From positions 53,447 to 117,446 of the forward strand of contig CAZLQD010000036.1 in NCBI GenBank assembly GCA_964561605.1: 64,000 nucleotides of DNA. Reading direction: 5' to 3'. This document shows, piece after piece, positions 17,528-26,720 of this stretch (its first letter is position 1; each line of letters opens with the position of its first letter). The translations under genes and the position numbers were made by a program. The DNA is from an uncultured Planctomycetia bacterium. Lineage in GTDB: Bacteria > Planctomycetota > UBA1135 > JALUZX01. The notes beneath the pieces are model-generated. The model was not told the origin of the DNA and did not search any database. It worked only from the letters and a program-made list of their open reading frames with translations.

Positions 17528-19300
17528 TCAACCCTCCAGGAAGTAATTGAAGGTCTCGGCCTCCTCGGAGGAGATGATCTCGTGGATCTCCTCGGCCGAG
17601 GAAGCCTGGAAGATGGCGTTCCGGATCCGGTCGTTCCCCGCCATGGCCGCCAGGGCTCCCATGATCTCCAGGTGGGTGTGGTCCCGGCCTTCGGGGGTGA
17701 CCACCAGGACCAGGAGGCGCACGGGCAGGCCGTCGGGGGCCCCGTAGTCCACGGGATCCTCGAGCTTGCCCAGCACGCCCAGGACGGGCCCTTCGCCGGG
17801 GATCCTGGCGTGGGGCACGGCCACGCCCAGTCCCAGTCCCGTTGGAAGTTCCTTCTCCCTCTCCTTCACGGCCTGGAAGAGCTGGCCCGGCGTCAGGTCC
17901 ACCTTGTGGGTGGAGCAGAAGAACCAGCAGAGTTCCTCCAGGGCCTGCCACTTGTCCCTGGCCCTCATCCTGCAGAGGATGTATTCCTCCTGGAGAAATT
18001 CGATGAGCCGGATCCGGTCCTTCTGGGCCTCCCGGGTCTTTTCCAGGATGAAGCTCGTCACGGGGCCTCCCACGAGCTCCGTGGCCACCACTGCGGCGAG
18101 GATGCTCGTGGTCAGGGCGTCGGAGACACCGGCGTAGAGGGGGTCCTGCTGGAGGATCACCACAAGGGCGATGGCGATGGCCGCCTGGACCAGGAGCATG
18201 CCGCCGATGTATCGGGCCATCTTTTCGGTGGAGCGGTTCAGCTTGGCCCCGATCCAGGCTCCGCCCCACTTGCCTCCCACGCAGGCAGAGAAGTAGATGA
18301 GGGCCGCCGGCCAGGCCTCCCCCGTGCTGGAGAGGTCGAAGTGGGTCCCGGCCAGGACGAAGAAGCAGGTGAACATGGCGTTCTCCAGGACGTCGAAGAG
18401 TCCCAGGAGCTCCTCCTTGAAGGCCGACATGTTGGCCAGGACCAGGCCCAGGACCATGTTGGCCAGGATGGGGGAGGGGTGGACGTTCCAGCCCCGGGAG
18501 GGGAGCCAGGTGTCCAGGTATTCGCACAGGCCGGTGTTCAGGCTCAGGGCCACGAGGAAGGCCGTGAACATCTTGGCCCTGAGAAGGTTCCGCATGTGGC
18601 GGGTGTCCTGTTCCTCGCAACGGATCGCCCGGTTCACCCTGTTGCAATAGGCCACCAGGGCGGCGCCCAGTCCGGCCCCGGTGACCAGGGAGAGGCCCAC
18701 GCCCATCCCGGAAGGAAGGAGGGTGGCCGCCAGGGAGCCCTTGCTGGAGAGCATGCTGTTGGAGACTGCGTGGAGGATGTCGAATAGGGCGATGGTGGCC
18801 AGGTTGTTCATGGCCACCACGGCGATGGTGGTCTTCACCAGGAGACCCTTGGCCCGCTTCTCCTTGATGATGTGGAGGGGGGTGGCCGGGGAGGTGGAGG
18901 TGGAGATGGAGGCCACCAGGAGGTGGACCGGGAGTTTCCACTCCTCCGAAAGGGAAAGGGGATTCAAGACCTGGAAGAGGAGAAAGACCACGAGGAAGGT
19001 GACGGTGGTCTGACCCGCCGAGATGAGGAGGATCCGCCGGCGGGCGTTCTGGAGCCGGCGGAACTCCAGGTGCCCTCCGATGGTGACGGCCACGAGGCTC
19101 AGGGCGAAGATGGACAAGGGCCGGAAGGTCTCCTGGACCTGGGGGGACAGGATGTTCAGGCCGCTCTCGCCGATGAGGATCCCCACGAGGATCTGGCCCG
19201 TCAGGGCGGGAAGGCGGAGTTTCCTTGCAAATTCCCCCCCCAGGGTGCCCAGGACGATGAGGAGTCCGAAGAACAGCAGGATGGATGTGTCGGGGACCAT
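17528..19300 (-). CDS. Cation:proton antiporter (CPA2/Kef-like) fused to a C-terminal PTS EIIA(Ntr)-type domain
   Basis: ~400-aa polytopic Na_H-exchanger-like N-terminus (GEFARKLRLPALTGQILVGILIGESGL). The C-terminal ~150 aa carries the EIIA type-2 signature GLGVAVPHARIPG. Confidence 0.85.
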   Translation of the reverse strand: MVPDTSILLFFGLLIVLGTLGGEFARKLRLPALTGQILVGILIGESGLNILSPQVQETFRPLSIFALSLVAVTIGGHLEFRRLQNARRRILLISAGQTTVTFLVVFLLFQVLNPLSLSEEWKLPVHLLVASISTSTSPATPLHIIKEKRAKGLLVKTTIAVVAMNNLATIALFDILHAVSNSMLSSKGSLAATLLPSGMGVGLSLVTGAGLGAALVAYCNRVNRAIRCEEQDTRHMRNLLRAKMFTAFLVALSLNTGLCEYLDTWLPSRGWNVHPSPILANMVLGLVLANMSAFKEELLGLFDVLENAMFTCFFVLAGTHFDLSSTGEAWPAALIYFSACVGGKWGGAWIGAKLNRSTEKMARYIGGMLLVQAAIAIALVVILQQDPLYAGVSDALTTSILAAVVATELVGGPVTSFILEKTREAQKDRIRLIEFLQEEYILCRMRARDKWQALEELCWFFCSTHKVDLTPGQLFQAVKEREKELPTGLGLGVAVPHARIPGEGPVLGVLGKLEDPVDYGAPDGLPVRLLVLVVTPEGRDHTHLEIMGALAAMAGNDRIRNAIFQASSAEEIHEIISSEEAETFNYFLEG

Positions 19301-19382
19301 GGCCGGGGGATTCTAACCGGCGACAGAACCTCCTTCCCACAAAGGAAACGTCCTTCCCGGCGAAGGACCCGGCAAGGGATCC

Positions 19383-21263
19383 CTACTGGACGGTGAAAGT
19401 CGTCGTATAACGGGCCGAGCCCTTGGGCGTGGCGGCAAAGATGTGGAACTTGTAGGTTCCCCTGGGAAGGAGGGCCGGCGCCTTGAGGGAGAAGAGGATG
19501 GTCTCCTCCCGGGGGCCGAGGGCGATCTCCCCCGAGGAGGAGAGGACCGGCCCGGTCACGTCGAAACGGTAGCCTCCTCCTTCGATCTCGATCTTGAAGG
19601 AGTTGAGGGACCGCAGGTCCGGGAGGGCCGATACGGCGAAACGGACCGTCAGGGGTTTGCCGTAGGAGACCTGCGCCGGGTAGGGGGCGGAGCGGACCTC
19701 CACGGCCTGGAAGGGCCTGGGGCAGAGGGCCAGGAGGGGGGTGGCCGAAGTGAGGCCCGCCGGGTCCTTGGCGGTCACCTTGAAGTAGAAGCCCGGATGG
19801 TCGGGAAGGCCCCCCAGGGTGACGGCCCGGCGGCCCTTGTAGGCCTTGCCGGAGGGGATCCTGGATCCCAGGGCGGGGGTGGGACCGTACTCCACCTGGA
19901 AGAGGCAGAGATCGGGGTCGGACGGCCTTCGGGGCACGGCCAGGTCGAGGACCGCCGAGGTGCCCTTCCGGCCTTCCACCTTCACGATCGGCTTGCCGGG
20001 AGGGGTCCTGTCGGGGGTTCTCTTGGATCCTTTGCGGAATGGGGCATAGAGAGGATCGCCCATGTGGACGGCCATCCAGAAGAGGGCCGGGTCGGAGACC
20101 ATGGCCGCCTCGGCCCAGGTGAATCCCTGGGTCACGTAGTAGAGGAGCACCTCCGGCCTCGGGTGGCCCGAGAGATAGGGCTCTCCCACCACGCCGCTTC
20201 CCGCCGTGAGCCCCCTGGCCAGGGCGGAGCCCAGGAAAGTCCCCGGGGCGGCCCTTTCGAAGCCGCGGATGGAGTTGCTGTTCAGGTCGCAGGCGATCGA
20301 CCCGGGGAGCCACTCCCAGACGTCGTGATACTGGTTGTAGTTGTACCACCCGCCGTAGAGGAGGGCCCTGGGCGCGGTGAGGGCCGGGGACCCGTTCCGC
20401 CAGCGGGCGCCCTGCTCGCCGATCTCCTTTCCGCCGGCTTCCCAGTAGACGGGGAGGCCCACGAGTGGGGGAAAGAATTTGCCGAAGGCCATGCACTGGT
20501 CGGCCGACTTGTAGGAGGAGTATCCGAATGGATAATTTTGTTTCAGGAAGGTGTCGGAGAAGTATCCGAACCTGGTGTCCACGTAGGCCCTTCCCCAGAG
20601 GTATCCCTGTCCCTGTCCCCAGTGCTTCTCGGCGTAGAGGGCGCCGTCCACCAGGTCCTTGGCGGCCTCGGCGTCGGTCCCGTCGATCCTGGCGGTCAGG
20701 TAGAGGTCCTTCCCCGCGTAGGAGAAGTTCTTGTGGGTGAAGCGGCCCCGGTCGGGCTGGACGGAGGGGGAGTACTCCAGGTAGGGGTTGGAGGCCCACC
20801 AGGAGGGAAGGGGCCAGTGGGTCCTGTCTCCCAGGGCGGAAGGGACGGTCATGAGGCTGTCCACCGCCCTGAGGCGCCTGCTGGACAGGGGGGTGTAGAT
20901 GTAATATGGCACACCGTAACAAAAGAGGAGGGTGTCGATCTTCCCGGGGCCCAGGGTCTGGAGGGCCTTCTTCACCGGAGTGACCAGCTTGTCGTGGAAT
21001 TCGGCCCAGCCCTTCGTGCCGGACCAGTAGCGCCTGGTCCCGGTGAGGGGGAGGCCGAGGAGGTTCTTGGACGGCACTCCCCGGGCCTTGGCGTAGTAGA
21101 GGGCCACCTCCTTGGAATCCCCCAGGCCGTCTCCGTCGGCGTCGGGCCAGCCACGGGAGTAGATCACCAGGACGCGGGTGGGGTCGTCGGGGGTGACGGT
21201 CTGGGCGGGCAGGAGTCGGGGGAGGAGGAGGATGGAAAGGAAGGGGAGAAGACAAAGGCGCAT
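19383..21263 (-). CDS. Secreted protein resembling the TIGR03790 family, with C-terminal Ig-like region
   Basis: Signal peptide MRLCLLPFLSILLLPRLLPAQT. N-terminal VLVIYSRG...EVALYYAKARGVPSKNLLGLPL and a later GVVGEPYLSGHP...MGDPLYAPF, as I recall for TIGR03790. The final ~150 aa are beta-rich. Confidence 0.65.
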   Translation of the reverse strand: MRLCLLPFLSILLLPRLLPAQTVTPDDPTRVLVIYSRGWPDADGDGLGDSKEVALYYAKARGVPSKNLLGLPLTGTRRYWSGTKGWAEFHDKLVTPVKKALQTLGPGKIDTLLFCYGVPYYIYTPLSSRRLRAVDSLMTVPSALGDRTHWPLPSWWASNPYLEYSPSVQPDRGRFTHKNFSYAGKDLYLTARIDGTDAEAAKDLVDGALYAEKHWGQGQGYLWGRAYVDTRFGYFSDTFLKQNYPFGYSSYKSADQCMAFGKFFPPLVGLPVYWEAGGKEIGEQGARWRNGSPALTAPRALLYGGWYNYNQYHDVWEWLPGSIACDLNSNSIRGFERAAPGTFLGSALARGLTAGSGVVGEPYLSGHPRPEVLLYYVTQGFTWAEAAMVSDPALFWMAVHMGDPLYAPFRKGSKRTPDRTPPGKPIVKVEGRKGTSAVLDLAVPRRPSDPDLCLFQVEYGPTPALGSRIPSGKAYKGRRAVTLGGLPDHPGFYFKVTAKDPAGLTSATPLLALCPRPFQAVEVRSAPYPAQVSYGKPLTVRFAVSALPDLRSLNSFKIEIEGGGYRFDVTGPVLSSSGEIALGPREETILFSLKAPALLPRGTYKFHIFAATPKGSARYTTTFTVQ

Positions 21264-21300
21264 GGATGCCTCCAGGAAGGTGCCGGGAAAGGAATCCTCC

Positions 21301-22263
21301 TTATTCTACCCCTTTTCCCTCCTCCAGGATCCGCCGGGTTTCCCTGATCCAGGCCCGGGCCCGGGTCCTCTCCCCGGGCGAGAGGTTCGGGAGGGCCTTC
21401 TCCAGGCGGGCCAGGGCGCTCCGGAGAGCTTGGAGGGCCTTGGGTGAGGTCCGGGAGAGGACCTTCGCCTTCTCCTCCTTCCACCAGGCCTCCCATTTTT
21501 GCGCCCCCTTCCGCAGGTCCTTCCAGCCCTGTTCGGGCTCCAGGCCGAAGCGTTTCCCCGAGAGGCGCCGGAGTGCCCTGAGACCGATCTCCTTCTCCAG
21601 GGCCCACCGTTCTTTTTCGGGGAGGTGGAAAGCCTTCGCAAGAGGACCGTTGCCGGGGCACCCCGCCTGGAGGAGCCCCAGGAGGAAGGGCACCCCCCAG
21701 GGGGCGCCGAGTTCCAGGAGGGAGGAGGCCGCGGCGGCCCGGACCAGGGGAGCGCTCCTGGTGGGGGCGGGAAGGACCTCCAGGAGCAACCTGGGTGCAG
21801 CCTGGGAACAGCCCAGGTCTCCCAGGGCGAAGGCCCCGGCGGCGGCCACTTCCGGGTCCGGGTCGCCCAGGGCCCGGCAGAGGGGGAGGAGGGACCTTTG
21901 GTCCAGGCACCCCAGGAGGGTGGCGGCGGCCATCTTCACCTGGGGAGTGCCTTCCTGGAGGAGAAGAACCAGGGCCGGGCCTCCTTCCCTACCCAGGGCC
22001 CGGAGGGCCTTCCAGGCCTCCATGGCCTTGGAGGAGGCCGGGTCCGTTCCGGCCAGGAGGGTCCGGGCCGGGGCGGGGGGAGTGCCCGAGGGGAGGGAGA
22101 AGACCGGGAGGCCTGGAGGGAGGAGGAGGTCTTCCAGGGTGGAGGGAGATGCCTGGGAAGGGGGATGTGCCTGGGGCTTGGGGGCTGCGCAGGAACCCAG
22201 GCCGAGGATTCCTGAAAGGAAGAAAAGGGAAAGGGCGGATCCTCTCGGGGAGTACGAAAACAT
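21301..22263 (-). CDS. HEAT-repeat lipoprotein
   Basis: Lipobox LGLGSC. HEAT-like repeats: LGCLDQRSLLPLCRALGDPDPEVAAAGAFALGDLG, PLVRAAAASSLLELG. Confidence 0.7.
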   Translation of the reverse strand: MFSYSPRGSALSLFFLSGILGLGSCAAPKPQAHPPSQASPSTLEDLLLPPGLPVFSLPSGTPPAPARTLLAGTDPASSKAMEAWKALRALGREGGPALVLLLQEGTPQVKMAAATLLGCLDQRSLLPLCRALGDPDPEVAAAGAFALGDLGCSQAAPRLLLEVLPAPTRSAPLVRAAAASSLLELGAPWGVPFLLGLLQAGCPGNGPLAKAFHLPEKERWALEKEIGLRALRRLSGKRFGLEPEQGWKDLRKGAQKWEAWWKEEKAKVLSRTSPKALQALRSALARLEKALPNLSPGERTRARAWIRETRRILEEGKGVE

Positions 22264-22346
22264 CGGTCTCTCCTCTCACCAGGGGAAAGACCGATGGTAA
22301 CGCCCCGGGCCTCCGGGTGCCCAGGGGCGGAGAAGGAAAGGCCTGG

Positions 22347-22721
22347 TTACTTCTTCCTCTTCCTCGTGGCCGCCCCGGCAGCCGCAAGGCCGAGGCCCAC
22401 CAGGAGGAGGGTCGTGGGCTCCGGAACGGGGGTCTCTTTGCCCGGACCCGTTCCTACGGATCCGGAGGGGCCCGTTCCGCCGTCCCCTTTGGGCTTGGGC
22501 GGGACCAGGGCGGCGGGGGGCTGCTCCTGGGAGACCAGGTCCTTGCCACCCGGGCCGGGGCCCAGTTTGGGCCTGTTGAAACTGGAGTCGTCGGGAGGGG
22601 ACTGCTGGGGGGAAGAGGCCGTAACCTGGGAAGAGCCTCCACCTTTGGAGCATCCTCCGGCGAAGGGGAGTGCCGCCAGAGCCAAGATCCCCAATCCCAA
22701 GGCGATTCCTTTCATCTCCAT
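22347..22721 (-). CDS. PEP-CTERM sorting-domain protein with N-terminal lipoprotein signal (124 aa)
   Basis: Lipobox LPFAGGC. The middle is Pro/Gly/Ser-rich. The C-terminus is VPEPTTLLLVGLGLAAAGAATRKRKK, i.e. PEP motif + TM + basic tail. Confidence 0.8.
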   Translation of the reverse strand: MEMKGIALGLGILALAALPFAGGCSKGGGSSQVTASSPQQSPPDDSSFNRPKLGPGPGGKDLVSQEQPPAALVPPKPKGDGGTGPSGSVGTGPGKETPVPEPTTLLLVGLGLAAAGAATRKRKK

Positions 22722-22994
22722 ACCACCTTTCTGCGTCGAACCCCGCCTGCTTCTTTTCTAGAAAAAAGCCGTTTGTCTCAAAAAGTAACAGGAAAAGGTC
22801 CGCTTGTTTCTCCTTCTTGTCTTCGGAGCAAGAGGTCTTCGTGTCTTGCAAGAGTAGCCCCTGAAATCGCATGGGGTTGGCGGAGGCGGCCGGAGAAAGG
22901 AGGGAAAAAATTTCTCTTTGTTCTTCCCTGGAACAAAAGTGCTTCATTGGGAACCGCTCCCGCCTGGGGAGGAGGGCCCGGGAACACCGAGGGC

Positions 22995-25900
22995 TCAGGG
23001 GTTGCCGGGAAGGCGGCCCGGAAATCCCAGGAGGAGGCGGGACTGGGTGGGGAGGACAAGGATCCGGGCGTCACCCGCCGGAGGTGCGGCGATGGGGCGG
23101 CCGTCCCGGTAGCTCCAGAGGACCTGCCACTCCTCGGGGTCCAGGCAGAGCAGGGTCCCGTCGTCCAGGCCCAGGTAGACCTTTCCCTCCAGGAAGGCCC
23201 CCGGCGAGGAGGGTGCGGCCTTGAGGGGGATCTCCCGGAGGACCTTTCCCCCCTGCCTTTTCAGGAGGACCACTCGTTTCGCCTGGGGGAGGGCCAGGAC
23301 CCGGTCTCCCAGGAAGAGGGGGGGAAGGCTCAAGGGAGCGGTGAGCCGGGTCTTCCAGGAGGGTGAACCCTTGGGGGTGAAAGCCAGGATGGACCCGTCC
23401 AGGCAGGCCACCACGACCTGGGTCTTGTCCGCTGCAGGAGCTCCTACACACAGGTCGGGAAGGACCCGCGTCCAGAGGGGGCTTCCCGTCCCGGCGTCCC
23501 TGGCGGAAAGGAGGCCCGGCCGGATTCCGAAGTAGACCTTCCGTCCCGAGAGGACGGGAGGGCTCGAGAGGGCACCTTTCAAGTCCCGGCTCCAGAGAAG
23601 GCGCCCTTCTCCCGGATCCAGGCAGAGAAGGCGTGGGGGCCTTCCCGTGAAGACCAGGACCCCTGAAGGGCCCGCAAGGGCCGGGCCGGCGCCGCTGGGG
23701 GCGACCTTCTTCTTCCAGAGGAGTCTGCCTTCCTTCAAGGAGAGGCAGCGGACCGTCCCCTCGGCGGAGACCAGGAAGACCTTCCCCCTTCGGACCATGG
23801 GCCGGAAGATCTTCCCCGAGAAATCTCCCGTGCGGAAGACCCACTTCTCCTTGCCCCTTTCCGGGTCGAGGCAGGTGAGGATCCCCGCCCGATCCGCCAC
23901 GAGGTAATCCTTCCCGGCCAGGAGGGCGGGCTGGTCCACCGGTCCGGGGAGGGGGGCGGCCCAGGCCCTCCTGCGGGGAAGCCAGGCCAGGAGCCTTCCC
24001 CGGCCCGTCCCCTTGAAGTGGAGGCTCACCGGGTCGAATCCTTCTTTCCTGAAGACCACCTGGTGACTTCCCTGTGGATGGAATTCCAGGGGTAGGGGTG
24101 TCTTCCCTGCGGCCCGGCCGTCGAAGAAGATCCGGGCTCCCGGGGGAACGGACTCCACCTTGAGGGGCAGGCGGACCATCCTTTCGAAGGGAGCCCTGGG
24201 CTCCATCCTCTTGAGAGCCTTGTACACCGCCAGGGCCCGGGGGAAGTCCTGCTTTTTTGCCAGGGCTTCGAGCTCCTCCATCTTGTCCAGGACGGCCCGG
24301 AACTTCCTGGCCCGGCTCACCACGTAGGCCCGGAGCTCGTTGTCCTTCCGGTAGAGTCGGGCCACTTCGGAGTAGAGCTTCCAGGCCTTCCGGAAGTCCC
24401 ATTTCCGCTCGGCCGCCCTGGCCCCTTTGATGAGGGGGTCCAGTTTCTTCGCCAGTCTTTCCTCGGCCAGGTCCTTCTCCAGGCGGGCCTCGAGGCGGGA
24501 AGCCTTCTCCCGTCCTTTCAGGATCCGGTTCAGGGGTTTTTCGATGGTCTCCTTGGGACAGGTCTTCTGGAAGACCTCGAAGGGCCAATGGGCCAGGATT
24601 TCCTTGATCCGGAGAAGAACCTCTTTCCTGGAGGGATCGGTGACCTTCCTCAGGATCTCCAGGGCGGCCTTCCTCTCCTTCAGGGTCGTGGCGTTGTCCG
24701 AGGCCTTGGCGAGGGCTCTCTCCATGGCGTCGGCCATCTCCTGGAGGTCTTCCGCAATGGAGGGAAGGCGCACGTTCCCCAGGATCCCCAGGAACTTCTT
24801 GTGGCCCCTGATCCTGGGAAGGAGCTCCTTGTAGAGCAGGAGGGCCTCGTCCAGCCTACCCTCCTCCTGGAACCTCGAGGCCTCCTCCAGTACGGCCCGG
24901 ATCTTGGCCTCCTTCGCCTCCCTGGCCTTTCGGCGGATCTCCTCCCGGGCCGCCTCGATCTTCCGCTTGACCCGGGCCGCCCGAAGGGCCACGGGGGAAT
25001 CGGGGAGTTCCTCCAGGATCTTTCCGGCCAGGGCCAGGGCCCGGTCGGATTCTCCTTGGGAGACGAGCCGGGAGAGCTCTTTCTCCAGGGTCGCCTCTCT
25101 GTGCCTCCTCAGGACCACCTTTCCTGTGAAGAAGAGGGCCAGGCCCAGGGTCAGGGCGATCCCGGAGCCCACCAGGAGGGCCTTGCGTTTGTCCGTCTTC
25201 TTTCGCTTGAGTTCCCGGAGTTCCCGCTGGGCCTCTTTCTTCCGGGGGTTGAGCTTGGTCAGGTGCTCCAGGACGGTGACGAGCTGCTGGGTCTTTCCTT
25301 CCTCCCTGAAGATACGGGCCATCGTTTCCAGGGCTTCTTCGGCCCTCTCGGGATCGCCGGCCCGCTGGTGGACCCTGGCCACCCGCGCCAGGACTCCCGG
25401 ATCCTCGGGGCGGATCCTGGAGAGTTCCTCCACCTCCTCCAGGGCCCGCTGGTTCATCTCCTTCTCGAAGAAGAGGTCGCAGAGCTCCTGGGTGAGGCGG
25501 AGGTATTCCTCCTGGTCCTCCCGGGGGTCGAGGAAGGACCTCAGGTCCACCCGGGCCTGGAGGTTCTTGGGATCCAGCTCCACCGCCTCGGCCAGGAGCT
25601 CCCTGGCGATCCCCGGAGCCTTCTCCCGGAGGTTGCGGGCCGCCTCCACGAGGACCTCGGCGGCCGATTTCATGTCGTGTATCGTCTTGAAGGCCCTGGC
25701 CACGAGGCGGGCGTCTTCGGGGGAGGTGATCTCCCTCTCCTCCTTGATGACCGCCAGGGTGCGGACGGCCTCTTTGATGTGGCCGTTGCGGACCATCCGG
25801 TCCACCAGGCGGTTCAACTCCTGGAGGGTGGCCTTCCTGACGATTCCCTGGTCCACGCAGAAGGCTATGGCCTTGGCGCATTCGAAGAGGGGGACCAGGG

Positions 25901-26639
25901 TGGCCCGTGCGACGTCCCGGACCGACCGGGTCCCGTCGAGGAAGGGCAGGACCTTGGCGACGTTCTCGCTCACTCCCGTCCGCTTCGCCTCGGGGAGGGT
26001 GAGGAAGATCTCGTCCAGGTCCCCGATCTTCTCCAGGATGATCTCCCACTCGTCCTTGCGGCGGGCCACTTCCAGGAGGATGCCGCTCACGTCGTAGAAA
26101 TTGGACCGGACCGAGTCCTGGGGCGGTTCCTCTCCTTTGAAGAACTCGAAGGTGGCCCGTTTCCAGGTGAAGAGGGAGTAGATCTCCTCCTCTTCGTGCA
26201 TCTGGATCACCGATTCCACCTGCTCACGGGAGATCACCCCCATTCCTACCAGGATGTCCCCGATCCTCCCGCCCTTGGCCTTCTGGCGGAGGAGGGCGTT
26301 CTTCAGGTCCGAAGGATTCAGGATCCCTGCGGCGATGAGCTTGTCTCCCAGGAGGCGGTTTCGGTTTTCCTGGTCTCCCACGAGCTGGACCTTGCCCTGG
26401 TCGAAGTAGACCAGCCTCACCCCGGTGGGGGAGGTGATCCGCAAGGTCCCGGTCATCTGGGACATGGAGAGAGTCTGGAAGATGTCCGAGAGGGAGATGT
26501 TGGAAAGGTCCCCCTTGATGGTGACAAAATGGGCGTTCTGGATGGCCTCTTCGGCGACGGGAGCCTTCTTCTCGGGCTCCTCCCCGGCGAGGAGGAACTC
26601 TACCTCTTCCGCATCCAGAGGGGTCTTGCTTTCGCTCAT
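22995..26639 (-). CDS. Large multidomain membrane protein: DUF4388 + tandem MshEN-type motifs + TPR, TM, periplasmic TPR/coiled region + PEGA + PQQ-like beta-propeller (1214 aa)
   Basis: ATG 26639 (MSESKTPLD...). DUF4388-like: GDLSNISLSDIFQTLSMSQMTGTLRI. MshEN-like: LLGDKLIAAGILNPSDLKNALLRQ-KAKGG-RIGDILVGMGVISREQVESVIQMH. TM: ALLVGSGIALTLGLALFFTG. PEGA: VESVPPGARIFFDGRAAGKTP. Repeated xxxLW propeller blades. Track ORF to 27923 is a 5' extension. Confidence 0.8.
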   Translation of the reverse strand: MSESKTPLDAEEVEFLLAGEEPEKKAPVAEEAIQNAHFVTIKGDLSNISLSDIFQTLSMSQMTGTLRITSPTGVRLVYFDQGKVQLVGDQENRNRLLGDKLIAAGILNPSDLKNALLRQKAKGGRIGDILVGMGVISREQVESVIQMHEEEEIYSLFTWKRATFEFFKGEEPPQDSVRSNFYDVSGILLEVARRKDEWEIILEKIGDLDEIFLTLPEAKRTGVSENVAKVLPFLDGTRSVRDVARATLVPLFECAKAIAFCVDQGIVRKATLQELNRLVDRMVRNGHIKEAVRTLAVIKEEREITSPEDARLVARAFKTIHDMKSAAEVLVEAARNLREKAPGIARELLAEAVELDPKNLQARVDLRSFLDPREDQEEYLRLTQELCDLFFEKEMNQRALEEVEELSRIRPEDPGVLARVARVHQRAGDPERAEEALETMARIFREEGKTQQLVTVLEHLTKLNPRKKEAQRELRELKRKKTDKRKALLVGSGIALTLGLALFFTGKVVLRRHREATLEKELSRLVSQGESDRALALAGKILEELPDSPVALRAARVKRKIEAAREEIRRKAREAKEAKIRAVLEEASRFQEEGRLDEALLLYKELLPRIRGHKKFLGILGNVRLPSIAEDLQEMADAMERALAKASDNATTLKERKAALEILRKVTDPSRKEVLLRIKEILAHWPFEVFQKTCPKETIEKPLNRILKGREKASRLEARLEKDLAEERLAKKLDPLIKGARAAERKWDFRKAWKLYSEVARLYRKDNELRAYVVSRARKFRAVLDKMEELEALAKKQDFPRALAVYKALKRMEPRAPFERMVRLPLKVESVPPGARIFFDGRAAGKTPLPLEFHPQGSHQVVFRKEGFDPVSLHFKGTGRGRLLAWLPRRRAWAAPLPGPVDQPALLAGKDYLVADRAGILTCLDPERGKEKWVFRTGDFSGKIFRPMVRRGKVFLVSAEGTVRCLSLKEGRLLWKKKVAPSGAGPALAGPSGVLVFTGRPPRLLCLDPGEGRLLWSRDLKGALSSPPVLSGRKVYFGIRPGLLSARDAGTGSPLWTRVLPDLCVGAPAADKTQVVVACLDGSILAFTPKGSPSWKTRLTAPLSLPPLFLGDRVLALPQAKRVVLLKRQGGKVLREIPLKAAPSSPGAFLEGKVYLGLDDGTLLCLDPEEWQVLWSYRDGRPIAAPPAGDARILVLPTQSRLLLGFPGRLPGNP

Positions 26640-26720
26640 CTGGATTCCAGACTCTTTGTTTCGGCTTCTCCCAAGGCACCTTGGTTCCGGCGGAGGAAGC
26701 CACCTTTCCGAGGAGGAGCC

